A stretch of 32,000 nt of DNA from Nitrosopumilaceae archaeon (GTDB lineage Archaea > Thermoproteota > Nitrososphaeria > Nitrososphaerales > Nitrosopumilaceae), in NCBI GenBank assembly GCA_965209085.1, contig OZ242376.1, positions 427,628-459,627 on the forward strand, written 5' to 3'. A model generated the notes under the pieces. It was not told the DNA's origin. It searched no databases and was given only the letters and a program-made list of their open reading frames with translations. The translations under genes were made by a program, and so were the position numbers. How positions within the stretch are numbered: the first letter of the stretch is position 1; every line of letters starts with the position of its first letter. This document shows positions 8,960 to 21,407 of the stretch, in pieces.

Positions 8960-8967
8960 TTTATAAT
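8960..8967. promoter_or_regulatory. TATA-like box (TTTATAAT) in a 46-bp divergent intergenic region
   Basis: The centre is about 27 nt upstream of the ATG at 8990 (+) and about 20 nt from the minus-strand ATG at 8943. Confidence 0.4.
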
Positions 8968-8989
8968 GTATTGTGAATGCGTCACAAAC

Positions 8990-9157
8990 ATGGGTATGTT
9001 TGGACGTGGGACGAAAAAAGACGTTGGTACAAAATGCAAAATATGCGGGGTGGAATTGCACGAATCCGAACGTTTGGAGCGCCACATGAAAAAAGCGCAT
9101 GCTAACGTACCCCAAAGTAAACCCGACGAACGCAGCTCCGAGGGTGGCCTGTGGTAG
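8990..9157 (+). CDS. Small C2H2-type zinc-finger protein (55 aa)
   Basis: CKICGVELHESERLERHMKKAH has classical C-x2-C-x12-H-x4-H spacing. The internal ATG at 8990 fits the TATA spacing. Confidence 0.55.
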   Translation: MGMFGRGTKKDVGTKCKICGVELHESERLERHMKKAHANVPQSKPDERSSEGGLW

Positions 9158-9162
9158 CTGAA

Positions 9163-9432
9163 ATGAAAGAGGAAAAAAAATATACGATTATCATTATCGG
9201 AGCTTTTTTTGCAGTGGGCATTGTGATGGCCACCGTGGTTTTTCCGTTTTGGAATCTGATACGCGAGGACGTCTACGAAAAAGTCGTAATACTTGCAAAT
9301 CATGACGGCGTATGTTATGCAGAATCCGAGGATCTTACGTCAAAAACAATATTCGATTGTACTGCACGCACAGGGGATACTGTCACCATAAAATACGGCC
9401 GCGATCTTGCATGGGCGGTAATTGCAGAATAG
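9163..9432 (+). CDS. Small N-terminally membrane-anchored protein, function unknown
   Basis: MKEEKKYTIIIIGAFFAVGIVMATVVFPFW is followed by a soluble domain of about 55 aa with two Cys. It is tightly spaced between the zinc-finger and HIT genes. Confidence 0.45.
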   Translation: MKEEKKYTIIIIGAFFAVGIVMATVVFPFWNLIREDVYEKVVILANHDGVCYAESEDLTSKTIFDCTARTGDTVTIKYGRDLAWAVIAE

Positions 9433-9439
9433 ATGCGTA

Positions 9440-9853
9440 ATGCCTGAACCGTGCATATTCTGTGATATTGTCTCCGGTATAGTGCCTGCAAAAACGGTTG
9501 GATCTACTCAAAGCTCCATTGCATTCATGGATGCGTTTCCGGTGGCGGCCGGACACGTTCTAATCGTACCGTTAAGACACTGTGAAAAAATACAGGATTT
9601 AAGCGGCACCGAATGCGCCGATTTGTTTGGACTTGTACAAAACATGATAAAAAAAGTGGATACGCTGACAGGTTCGACTTTGGTTGCCGCACACAACGGC
9701 AGGGAGAGTGGGCAGGAAATTCCCCACGTACACGTTCATCTCATACCTCGCGATAAAAACGACGGAGCCGGACCGGTACATAGTATGTTTGGCAAAAATC
9801 CAGTAAGCAAAGAACAATCTGAACATGCATACGATGCGGTATGTTCTGCCTAA
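9440..9853 (+). CDS. HIT-family (histidine triad) nucleotide hydrolase/transferase
   Basis: Histidine triad HVHVHLIPR and N-terminal CIFCDI. The ATG at 9440 lies 7 nt after the upstream stop. Confidence 0.85.
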   Translation: MPEPCIFCDIVSGIVPAKTVGSTQSSIAFMDAFPVAAGHVLIVPLRHCEKIQDLSGTECADLFGLVQNMIKKVDTLTGSTLVAAHNGRESGQEIPHVHVHLIPRDKNDGAGPVHSMFGKNPVSKEQSEHAYDAVCSA

Positions 9854-10488
9854 AACGGGTACAGTTTTTCCCCGGTGGTAATGTTGCCAACCGATATTGC
9901 CTTTGTAGGGCAGGTCTCGGCGGCATTCATGATTTTTTCAAGACTGGCACCGTGTCTGTTGTGTACGGTGGATTTTGGATTTGTATGTTTGCTACTGTCT
10001 ATTGAAAATACGTTTGGCGCTATGACTTCGCAACTGCAGCATCCAATACACAAACTGGGTTCGATTTTTACTGCAAGGTTTGGGCGCTTTACCTCGTCTC
10101 CATCATCCTGCGGTTTTTCACGGGTTTTATCCATGAATTTTCCGTAATCATCCCAAAACTTGCGTTCGTATTCGGTCCAAAATTTTTCATTATGTTCGTA
10201 CTCTTTGGTATATTTTGACCAGTCCTGCTCTGGCGGATCCTGCGGCCGGGTGGCACCCCACTGGCTTTTGCGGGGACTAGGTGCAGGTTTTTTGGCGGAT
10301 TTTGCGGGGGAGGATTTGAGTATTTCGTATGCTTTTATAATTTGTTTAAACTCAACGCTACTGCCGCTACGGTCCGGATGCAGTTTTAACGCCATTTTGC
10401 GATATGCTAATTTTACTTTGTCTGGCTCTGCGCCGTATTCCAGTTTTAAAACCCCATACGCTTCTTTTTCGTCCACGACAGAATACAT
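9850..10488 (-). CDS. J-domain (DnaJ-like) protein fused to a C-terminal single-cluster [4Fe-4S]/[3Fe-4S] ferredoxin domain
   Basis: J-domain: EAYGVLKL...LAYRKMALKLHPDR (HPD present). Ferredoxin: CIGCCSCEVIAPNVF ... ETCPTKAI. The start is either M16 (10488) or 10533. Confidence 0.8.
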   Translation of the reverse strand: MYSVVDEKEAYGVLKLEYGAEPDKVKLAYRKMALKLHPDRSGSSVEFKQIIKAYEILKSSPAKSAKKPAPSPRKSQWGATRPQDPPEQDWSKYTKEYEHNEKFWTEYERKFWDDYGKFMDKTREKPQDDGDEVKRPNLAVKIEPSLCIGCCSCEVIAPNVFSIDSSKHTNPKSTVHNRHGASLEKIMNAAETCPTKAISVGNITTGEKLYPF

Positions 10489-10550
10489 ACATGGATCTTT
10501 AAAAATGATTGTACAAATCCGTACACGGTGCACAAATTCTGCCTTGGGGA

Positions 10551-11000
10551 TCAGATCTTTTTGGTTACAGTTCCGGCAGAATCTGATTCATACCATGACG
10601 TTTTGAAAGTGCCTCCTTTGCCTGAAAGATTAAGCGCAATGTGGGAAAACAACTCTGTCTTTTTCACGGAACCGTGCGTATGAAGTGTTCCTGCAGGCAC
10701 ATACACAATTGATCCTGTGTGCAGTGGGATCTTTTCTTTTATTTTTGTCTTAAACGGAGGTTTTTTATTTCTGCTGGAATACGTTACAAGACTTCCTGCA
10801 CCGCTGGTTACAATGAGCATCTGCCCGGACGTATGGAAATGTATTTTTGTCCTAGATCCTTCGTGGAATTTTACGTGCAAAACGTCCGTTTCTTTTGGTT
10901 TTGGACTGACTGAAACCATCTGCAGTGATACTTTGCCGGTAAAATAATCTGGACTTACTTTTTTTACGGTTCCTTTTTTTACAAAACTTCCAGCTTTCAT
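10551..11000 (-). CDS. Cupin-domain protein
   Basis: Cupin-like metal motifs HFHTSGQMLIVTSG and VYVPAGTLHTHGS. Confidence 0.7.
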   Translation of the reverse strand: MKAGSFVKKGTVKKVSPDYFTGKVSLQMVSVSPKPKETDVLHVKFHEGSRTKIHFHTSGQMLIVTSGAGSLVTYSSRNKKPPFKTKIKEKIPLHTGSIVYVPAGTLHTHGSVKKTELFSHIALNLSGKGGTFKTSWYESDSAGTVTKKI

Positions 11001-11077
11001 GACTGTGCATCATACGTTTGATTATATAATTTAACGGAATCGGACATCCTTAATACGAAGAAGCTTCGATATGGGAT

Positions 11078-11770
11078 ATGGAGAATATCACAAAAACTTT
11101 GGTACTCTTGCGCAAGATGACTCTGGAAGATGCAATGCGATTGGTTGAATCAAAAAAAACCTCACAGTTTGGCACCGCTCTTCTCAGGCCAAAAAAAAGC
11201 CAAATCCACCTGCATTCTGTTTCCCTTGTATACGAACCAATACTGATAGTATCCGGTTCGTATTCTGCAAATTATTACCGAAAAGCGGTACACAAGATAA
11301 AAGTGGACCGCAACGTCAAAGAAGTGATTGTGGGCCCTGACACGTTTGAAGTTTCAAAAAAATCAAAACTTTCCAAACTTGTAAACACCGATGGAAAACG
11401 CGTCATAAATTTGGATCTTGAAGAACACATGTTTGTAAAAAACGATGGGACGCTGTATCTGGATCATCATGGAAAACGGCTCGAAAACCTGCCATATGCG
11501 ATGGATCAAAAAGTTATGGAAAGCTACGGCTCAAAGGTTTTGGCAGCGGAGAAAACAAAAGAGCATGAAATTTCAACAACCGATGCGGTAACCATGCTGA
11601 AACGAATTTTAAAAGACATACCAAAATCCAAAATGAGAAATCTTGAAGAACACTTTGAACCTCAAAGTATTGTAATGTTGTACGTTCCAATATACGAGGC
11701 GAGGCTTGTAGGATCGTCCAAAAAAATACGCATAATGCGGATAGATGCGACGCGCAAAAAAATACTCTAG
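11078..11770 (+). CDS. Hypothetical protein (230 aa), no domain recognised
   Basis: Long ORF with a coding-like composition. A TATA-like TTGATTATATAATTT lies upstream. It is Lys-rich and has no recognisable motif. Confidence 0.6.
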   Translation: MENITKTLVLLRKMTLEDAMRLVESKKTSQFGTALLRPKKSQIHLHSVSLVYEPILIVSGSYSANYYRKAVHKIKVDRNVKEVIVGPDTFEVSKKSKLSKLVNTDGKRVINLDLEEHMFVKNDGTLYLDHHGKRLENLPYAMDQKVMESYGSKVLAAEKTKEHEISTTDAVTMLKRILKDIPKSKMRNLEEHFEPQSIVMLYVPIYEARLVGSSKKIRIMRIDATRKKIL

Positions 11771-12580
11771 TCACAGAATCTTTGAATATCTGGAATCTTC
11801 CCGCATAGCATCAAAGGCTTTTTCCTCCAAGGCCCATCGTTTCACAGTCTTTGAATCTTTTTTGGCAGCAACCCTTAGTCTTTCTGCGGCCATGTCGTAT
11901 TTTCCCACCGCAGCATAGCTTCTTGCCTTGGCATATTCTAGCGGCGCGTTTCCCTGATGGCGTATTGGAAGTCTGGCATAAATTTTCTGCGCTTCCTCAT
12001 GGCGTCCCAATTCTGCAAGCTCTATGCCTTCGTGGAATTCTGCATCCGCGTGTCCGTGCTCTGATTTGCGTACTGTATGAAAACATTTCAGAGCTTCCTC
12101 ATGCCGTCCAAGTTTACCGTATACTATGCCGATGTAAAACTTTATTGATGATTTTCCAGAATCAAGTCTGATAGCTGTCTCAAGACTGGCAAGAGCTTGC
12201 TCATGTTCTCCAATTCTGTCTAACAAAACTCCTAGATTGAAATGTGCCGGAGCATACCGTCTGTCAAATTTTATTGCATCAGAATAACATAATTTGGCCC
12301 CGTCAATGTTGCCAAGTTCTGCCATGGCTATTGCTTTGTTGTTCAAAGATGCGATATTTTCCGGATCAAGTCTGAGTGCCTCATCAAAACACGTTATCGC
12401 ATCGGAATATTTTCGGATCTGATTGAGGGCAATTCCCCTGTTATAGTGAACCTGTCTGTTGTCCGGATCCTGCTTTATGGCCTGACCAAAGAGTGCAGCT
12501 GCTGCCTTTGGCTGATTTCTTCGCAACATTGCCATGCCCTGTCTTTCCAATTCCTTTGAATCTATTTTTTTACCAAACAT
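11771..12580 (-). CDS. Tetratricopeptide (TPR) repeat protein
   Basis: Repeated 34-aa units with a W/Y..G.A......Y..A...F..A...DP-type pattern (e.g. AITCFDEALRLDPEN, AIKFDRRYAPAHFNLG). Confidence 0.85.
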   Translation of the reverse strand: MFGKKIDSKELERQGMAMLRRNQPKAAAALFGQAIKQDPDNRQVHYNRGIALNQIRKYSDAITCFDEALRLDPENIASLNNKAIAMAELGNIDGAKLCYSDAIKFDRRYAPAHFNLGVLLDRIGEHEQALASLETAIRLDSGKSSIKFYIGIVYGKLGRHEEALKCFHTVRKSEHGHADAEFHEGIELAELGRHEEAQKIYARLPIRHQGNAPLEYAKARSYAAVGKYDMAAERLRVAAKKDSKTVKRWALEEKAFDAMREDSRYSKIL

Positions 12581-12643
12581 CGTATATGATGCGACATCTC
12601 CTTTTATTCAAGTTTGTTATATGGTATGCAATTAGATGCGCAT

Positions 12644-13978
12644 TCAGGACGTATTTTGGGCGTATTTTTCAGTGGCTGTCACCAGGGCGTTTACATCTGA
12701 TTTTGTATGCGCATCTGAGATTGCTCCAAGCTTGCCGGGCAGAAAAAATATTCCCGAACGTGCGATAAGCGAAAAATGATATCTGTAGAGGGCGGCAGTA
12801 TCGCATTTGGCAGCATCCGAGGCGTTTTTGACTTTGTAAATTCCGGATTTTTGCGTAAAATGGGGCATAAACATGGAATCCTTTCCGGTGACTATTACCC
12901 TGCCGTCAAACGCTTTTGCAATTTTACGAGATGTCTCCCTGCCCAACAAACCAATTTTTGAATAAATCCCGGATCCGTTTTTTTTGAGAATATCCAACGT
13001 GGCAGTTCCAGCAGACATGGTTGCAGGATTTGCCGAAAACGTTCCGCCCCCTATGTATGCTCTGTCAGTTTTTGAATGGGCGTTGGTGTCAGATAATTTC
13101 ATTATTTCTTTTTTGCCGCATATTGCACCCACTGGAAATCCTCCGCCAATTATTTTTCCAAGTGTGACGATGTCAGGATCAAGTTTCATTTGCGGATAAA
13201 TGCATCCGTATCTGAAACGAAATCCGGTAACAATTTCATCCAGCATAAAAAGAGCTCCGCACTTGTGTACAAATTCCTGAACGCTTTGCATATAGTCTGC
13301 ATCCGCGGGTATGCATCCGCCGCCTCCCAACATAGGTTCTATTATAACACCTGCCAAATTTTTTCCAACACGGCGTAAAATGTCAAGCGTTCCATCTATA
13401 TCGTTGTACGGAACGGAAATAATGTTTGAAGATCCAACAAGACCGCCACTCTCCGGTATTTTAAACGGCCAGTTTACGGTTTTTAACAGCTCTGATGTAT
13501 ACCCGTGCCACCCGCCGTCTATTTTTGCCACGATTTTTTTTCCAGTAGCTGCGCGTGCAAGTCTGACCGCATACATGGTTGCTTCCGTACCTGATGTAAC
13601 ATAACGTATCCGTTCTGCAGCTTTGACAGTTTTACATATTGACTCAGAGAATGCAAGTGTAGGTTCGTTCACCGTTCCATACATCCATCCGCGGCGCAGC
13701 TGTTTTGATACAGCACGTGCGACTTTGGCTTTTGCATGACCTAAAATCAAACTCCAATGACCCATCCAATAATCCGTGTATCTGTTTGAATCCAGATCTG
13801 TCAGTTTTCCACCTGATGCGGATTTTGTCACAAACGGATATGGTTCAAAATACCGTATGTTGTGGTGCACGCCGTTTACATGATATTTCTTTGATTTTGC
13901 AAAAATAACCGACGATCTGGATGTCTTTTTACGGTATTCTGCAAGGGCATTTTGATATTCTGTCTTTTTGATCGCCAA
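12644..13978 (-). CDS. Class-III PLP-dependent aminotransferase (glutamate-1-semialdehyde aminomutase-like)
   Basis: [32 protein letters not shown], and a candidate PLP Lys in [11 protein letters not shown]. The apparent start is TTG at 13978. Confidence 0.8.
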   Translation of the reverse strand: MAIKKTEYQNALAEYRKKTSRSSVIFAKSKKYHVNGVHHNIRYFEPYPFVTKSASGGKLTDLDSNRYTDYWMGHWSLILGHAKAKVARAVSKQLRRGWMYGTVNEPTLAFSESICKTVKAAERIRYVTSGTEATMYAVRLARAATGKKIVAKIDGGWHGYTSELLKTVNWPFKIPESGGLVGSSNIISVPYNDIDGTLDILRRVGKNLAGVIIEPMLGGGGCIPADADYMQSVQEFVHKCGALFMLDEIVTGFRFRYGCIYPQMKLDPDIVTLGKIIGGGFPVGAICGKKEIMKLSDTNAHSKTDRAYIGGGTFSANPATMSAGTATLDILKKNGSGIYSKIGLLGRETSRKIAKAFDGRVIVTGKDSMFMPHFTQKSGIYKVKNASDAAKCDTAALYRYHFSLIARSGIFFLPGKLGAISDAHTKSDVNALVTATEKYAQNTS

Positions 13979-14011
13979 TTTTCAGCTATTTTGTAACGGA
14001 TCTAGGCATGG

Positions 14012-14019
14012 TTTATATG
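14012..14019 (+). promoter_or_regulatory. Candidate rRNA operon TATA box (TTTATATG)
   Basis: This is the only strong TATA-like element between the divergent aminotransferase start (13978) and the pre-16S processing stem (14160). Confidence 0.35.
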
Positions 14020-14131
14020 TATTTGAACGATTATTAGATTTCATACGTGACGCAAGGCGGCGCTTGTAATGAATCCGTGGCAGTATGCCATATTGTGATT
14101 TACGGGCCTCCAGTTACGCATACAAAATGAG

Positions 14132-14153
14132 GATCCGATTGCAAAATCGGATC
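14132..14153 (+). other. Perfect 9-bp hairpin with a GCAA (GNRA) tetraloop in the pre-rRNA 5' leader
   Basis: GATCCGATT-GCAA-AATCGGATC, read directly from the sequence. Confidence 0.7.
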
Positions 14154-14225
14154 TGAAATGTGAAGACAAGTGCATTCCGTCCAATTCCAATAATTTGTGC
14201 AGAGATTACTTATTTGTAATCCTTG

Positions 14226-15696
<1,471 letters not shown>

Positions 15697-15841
15697 TAGA
15701 CAACACAACGAATTGTGTATGGAATGCACAAGTCTTCACACATCAGATGCAATGCGTCATCTCGCGATGACGTATGAAGGATGTAGCTGACCTTCCTACC
15801 CTGGAAGGAAAGCAATGATCGTCGTGTATAGTCGTGTAATA
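15697..15841 (+). other. 16S-23S internal transcribed spacer without a tRNA gene
   Basis: About 145 nt, which is too short for a tRNA once the processing-stem halves are counted. It contains hairpins ACACAA-CGAA-TTGTGT, CGTCATC-TCGC-GATGACG and CCTTCC-TACCCT-GGAAGG. Confidence 0.85.
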
Positions 15842-18850
<3,009 letters not shown>

Positions 18851-18876
18851 TACATAGAGACTATACGCGACGATTA

Positions 18877-18881
18877 TTTTT
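18877..18881 (+). terminator. Oligo-T run just 3' of the 23S processing stem (candidate operon terminator)
   Basis: TTTTT directly follows the stem half GACTATACGCGACGAT (18859-18874). Confidence 0.35.
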
Positions 18882-19108
18882 AACAAGCATAGCGGACGCT
18901 ATGTATGAAAATATGACACTATGGGTACGGATCATACAAGTTTGACACCGTCTTATTTTGTACCTAGATCTTGATTTTTAGTGTAAATTATATGCATAAC
19001 TTGAATTCGTACTATGAATCTGATAATATTTTTCAATAAAATGACAAAATAAGGCATTTTACACGCTTATGACAAACTTTATCACACGTTGTATATGGGG
19101 TATAATTA

Positions 19109-19456
19109 ATGGAAGCTCAAATAGCCGCAGACCGTCTGCTAAAACTTGGCACATCTGTTAGAATGGTTACCATTTGTAATATGGATGGAAAACTGATCTA
19201 TCATGCACGACACAAATCGGTAAAATCAGCACTCACACCGGCAGAAAGTCGTAGATCCCTGACGGTGTCTGCACGAAACATGAAAGAACGTAAAAAACTT
19301 GCCAGCAAACTCGGTAAATGTCAGTACACACTGGCCGAATACAGCAATGTCAAAAGATTGGTCATGCCTGCAGGTAATAACCATCTGATCTATGTGACGT
19401 GTTCTCCTCGTTACGATCACAACAAGATTATACGTAAAGTTCGTACATTCAAATAA
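19109..19456 (+). CDS. Small Roadblock/LC7-like protein, paralog 2 of 3
   Basis: 115 aa. VRMVTICNMDGKLIYH and LGKCQYTLAEYSNVKRLVMPA align with the ORFs at 2116 and 19751. A TATA-like CTTTATCA lies about 28 nt upstream of the ATG. Confidence 0.6.
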   Translation: MEAQIAADRLLKLGTSVRMVTICNMDGKLIYHARHKSVKSALTPAESRRSLTVSARNMKERKKLASKLGKCQYTLAEYSNVKRLVMPAGNNHLIYVTCSPRYDHNKIIRKVRTFK

Positions 19457-19575
19457 ACAACAATTTATCTATTTTTTATTACACCAGTTATATTGTTTGA
19501 TCAATTCTATGTTGACTATTCGTCAACATATAAGGTATGGGAGAAATTTTAACCACCCTTGAATAATATCTGTAT

Positions 19576-19707
19576 ATGAAAGCAAGATTTGCAACCGAAT
19601 GCAGCTCGTGCGGTGATCAAATACGACGTGGAAAAGAGATCGCAAAAATCGAGTCAGGCGAATGGGTTCACAAGCATTGTGCACCAGAAACGCTTGAAAT
19701 GCCATAA
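19576..19707 (+). CDS. Untracked 43-aa zinc-ribbon-like ORF (C-x2-C ... H-x-H-C)
   Basis: Manual translation gives MKARFATECSSCGDQIRRGKEIAKIESGEWVHKHCAPETLEMP*. An AT-rich TATA-like element lies about 25-30 nt upstream. It sits between the two Roadblock-like genes. Confidence 0.45.
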   Translation: MKARFATECSSCGDQIRRGKEIAKIESGEWVHKHCAPETLEMP

Positions 19708-19750
19708 TTACACCACTTCATTTTTATTTTGTATTATACGAGAACACATA

Positions 19751-20128
19751 ATGCCTGATCAAGACATAGAATCACTTGAGCACCGTTGCAAAAAAATACA
19801 ACAATTGGATATGGTTCGCTTTGCTGGAATTATAGATAAAGAAGGCGAAATTGTTGCTGGAGGATTCCGAGATGGCGTGAAACCGTTGGTGGATAACAAA
19901 TCCCGTCTGCGAAAATTTTTTCGTTTTGCAACTGTTGAGTCAATTGGCAAAGAATACGATGAAAATTTAGGTCCGATGAATTATTTGGCAGCACGCCGCG
20001 ACAAATTGGTTTTTATCAGCTTTCCATTCCCATTAAGTGACATAATACTCTTAATTTCAGCCGAGCCTCAGGCGGAAATTGAAAAACTTGCATCTGGCGT
20101 CTCAAATGTTTTTGCAGGAATTAAATAA
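19751..20128 (+). CDS. Small Roadblock/LC7-like protein, paralog 3 of 3
   Basis: 125 aa from the internal ATG at 19751. VRFAGIIDKEGEIVAG and LGPMNYLAARRDKLVFISFPF. The tracked N-terminal extension (19589) overlaps the zinc-ribbon ORF in another frame. Confidence 0.6.
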   Translation: MPDQDIESLEHRCKKIQQLDMVRFAGIIDKEGEIVAGGFRDGVKPLVDNKSRLRKFFRFATVESIGKEYDENLGPMNYLAARRDKLVFISFPFPLSDIILLISAEPQAEIEKLASGVSNVFAGIK

Positions 20129-20195
20129 TCCTGATCGTCTGCATAAAACCCGCTAGCCATGATATCGAACCTTTTTAATCAAGTCTGATAATAAC

Positions 20196-20432
20196 ATGGA
20201 CATGAATGAAGCATATGTGCTCTTGAATGTGGATTACAAGCACCAAAAAGATATAATAAAATCCTGCGAAAAACTTGCCGTGGCAAAATCCGTAAAAACA
20301 GTATATGGAATCTGCGACATACTGGTAATACTTGAATCCAATGACATGCAGAAAATAAAAGATGCAATTGATGTGGACATACACGCAATGCAGGGAATCA
20401 CAAATCTAACGTCGCTAATATCGGTGAACTAA
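20196..20432 (+). CDS. Stand-alone Lrp/AsnC-type ligand-binding (RAM) domain protein, no HTH
   Basis: 78 aa. AYVLLNV...VKTVYGICDILVILESNDMQKIKDAI...MQGITNLTSLISV fits the beta-alpha-beta-beta-alpha-beta pattern of the AsnC_trans_reg domain. Confidence 0.65.
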   Translation: MDMNEAYVLLNVDYKHQKDIIKSCEKLAVAKSVKTVYGICDILVILESNDMQKIKDAIDVDIHAMQGITNLTSLISVN

Positions 20433-20435
20433 CCT

Positions 20436-21407
20436 TTGGGCGATTACGAAGTTGTAATTATAGGTGCCGGACCTGCAGGTTTGTCCGCTGGCATATACGT
20501 AGCTAGACAGAAATCATCATGTCTTATAATTTCAAAAGATTTGGGAGGGCAGTTAAATCTAATACCGAAACTTGAAAATTACCCTGGAACAATAATGTCC
20601 AGCGGACCTCTTCTTGCAAAAACATTGGAAAGCCAATATCTAATGTTCAAAGGTGACCTTGAATATTCAACGGTGGGAAGTGTAAGGGAGGCATCTGATG
20701 GATTGGTTGTAAAAACTAACCGCGGGGAGCATACTGCAAAGACCGTTATAGTTGCAGCCGGAAAAATACCAAACAACCTCGGACTTGAAAAAGAATCCGA
20801 ATTCCAAAACAAGGGGGTTCATTATTGTACAAAATGTGATGCTCCGTTTTATCAGGGGAGAATCACCGCATCAGTTGGCGTTGGCGCATATCTTTTGGAA
20901 TCTGGAATACTTCTTTCCCGTATGGCATCAAAAACGTATGTGATATTCAAAGGGGGCAAACTGGGAGGGAATGCGGATATGATATCGTCATTGGAAAATA
21001 AAACCAATGTGGAACTTGTCCCAAATTCCAGCATAAAATCAATAACAGGGGACGGAACTTTGGCACAAATCGTCATAAGCGACAAAGAAGGGAATGAAAA
21101 AACTCTCCAAGTGGATGGATTGTTTATTGAAAACGGCTCCAAAATAAATTTGGATTTTGTAAAACAATTGGTAAAAATAAACACAAAAGGCGAAATAGAG
21201 GTGGGAACTGCAGGATCTACATCACATCCGGCCATATTTGCTGCAGGTGATGCAACAAACATGCCATACAAGCAAATTATTGCAGCATGCGGAGATGGCG
21301 CAGCGGCTGGACTTTCTGCGTTTAATTATGTTGAAAAACTTCAAGGTAAACCTGGCATACGATCCGACTGGAAAAAACAGATTGGAGATACGGTCTTTCA
21401 TTATTAG
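20436..21407 (+). CDS. Thioredoxin-reductase-like FAD-dependent disulfide oxidoreductase, non-canonical pyridine-nucleotide site
   Basis: FAD motif VVIIGAGPAG, redox CTKC (compare CATC in TrxB), FAAGDATN. The expected GGGNSA and HRRD motifs are replaced by GVGAYL and FKGG. TTG start lies 3 nt after the upstream stop. Confidence 0.8.
   Translation: MGDYEVVIIGAGPAGLSAGIYVARQKSSCLIISKDLGGQLNLIPKLENYPGTIMSSGPLLAKTLESQYLMFKGDLEYSTVGSVREASDGLVVKTNRGEHTAKTVIVAAGKIPNNLGLEKESEFQNKGVHYCTKCDAPFYQGRITASVGVGAYLLESGILLSRMASKTYVIFKGGKLGGNADMISSLENKTNVELVPNSSIKSITGDGTLAQIVISDKEGNEKTLQVDGLFIENGSKINLDFVKQLVKINTKGEIEVGTAGSTSHPAIFAAGDATNMPYKQIIAACGDGAAAGLSAFNYVEKLQGKPGIRSDWKKQIGDTVFHY

Noticed and set aside
18882-19108. 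AT-rich 227-bp region after the 23S, scanned for 5S rRNA, tRNA, C/D-box sRNA and small ORFs; it contains a direct repeat ATGACAAA at 19041 and 19069
   Set aside because: I could find no 5S or tRNA-like structure and no RUGAUGA...CUGA box pair. The only ORF is 14 codons. The region is most simply the operon terminator plus the promoter of the 19109 gene.
19589-19750. N-terminal extension of the tracked 19589-20128 ORF
   Set aside because: This region is better explained by the 43-aa zinc-ribbon ORF in another frame plus an intergenic gap. Homology to the paralogs starts after the ATG at 19751.
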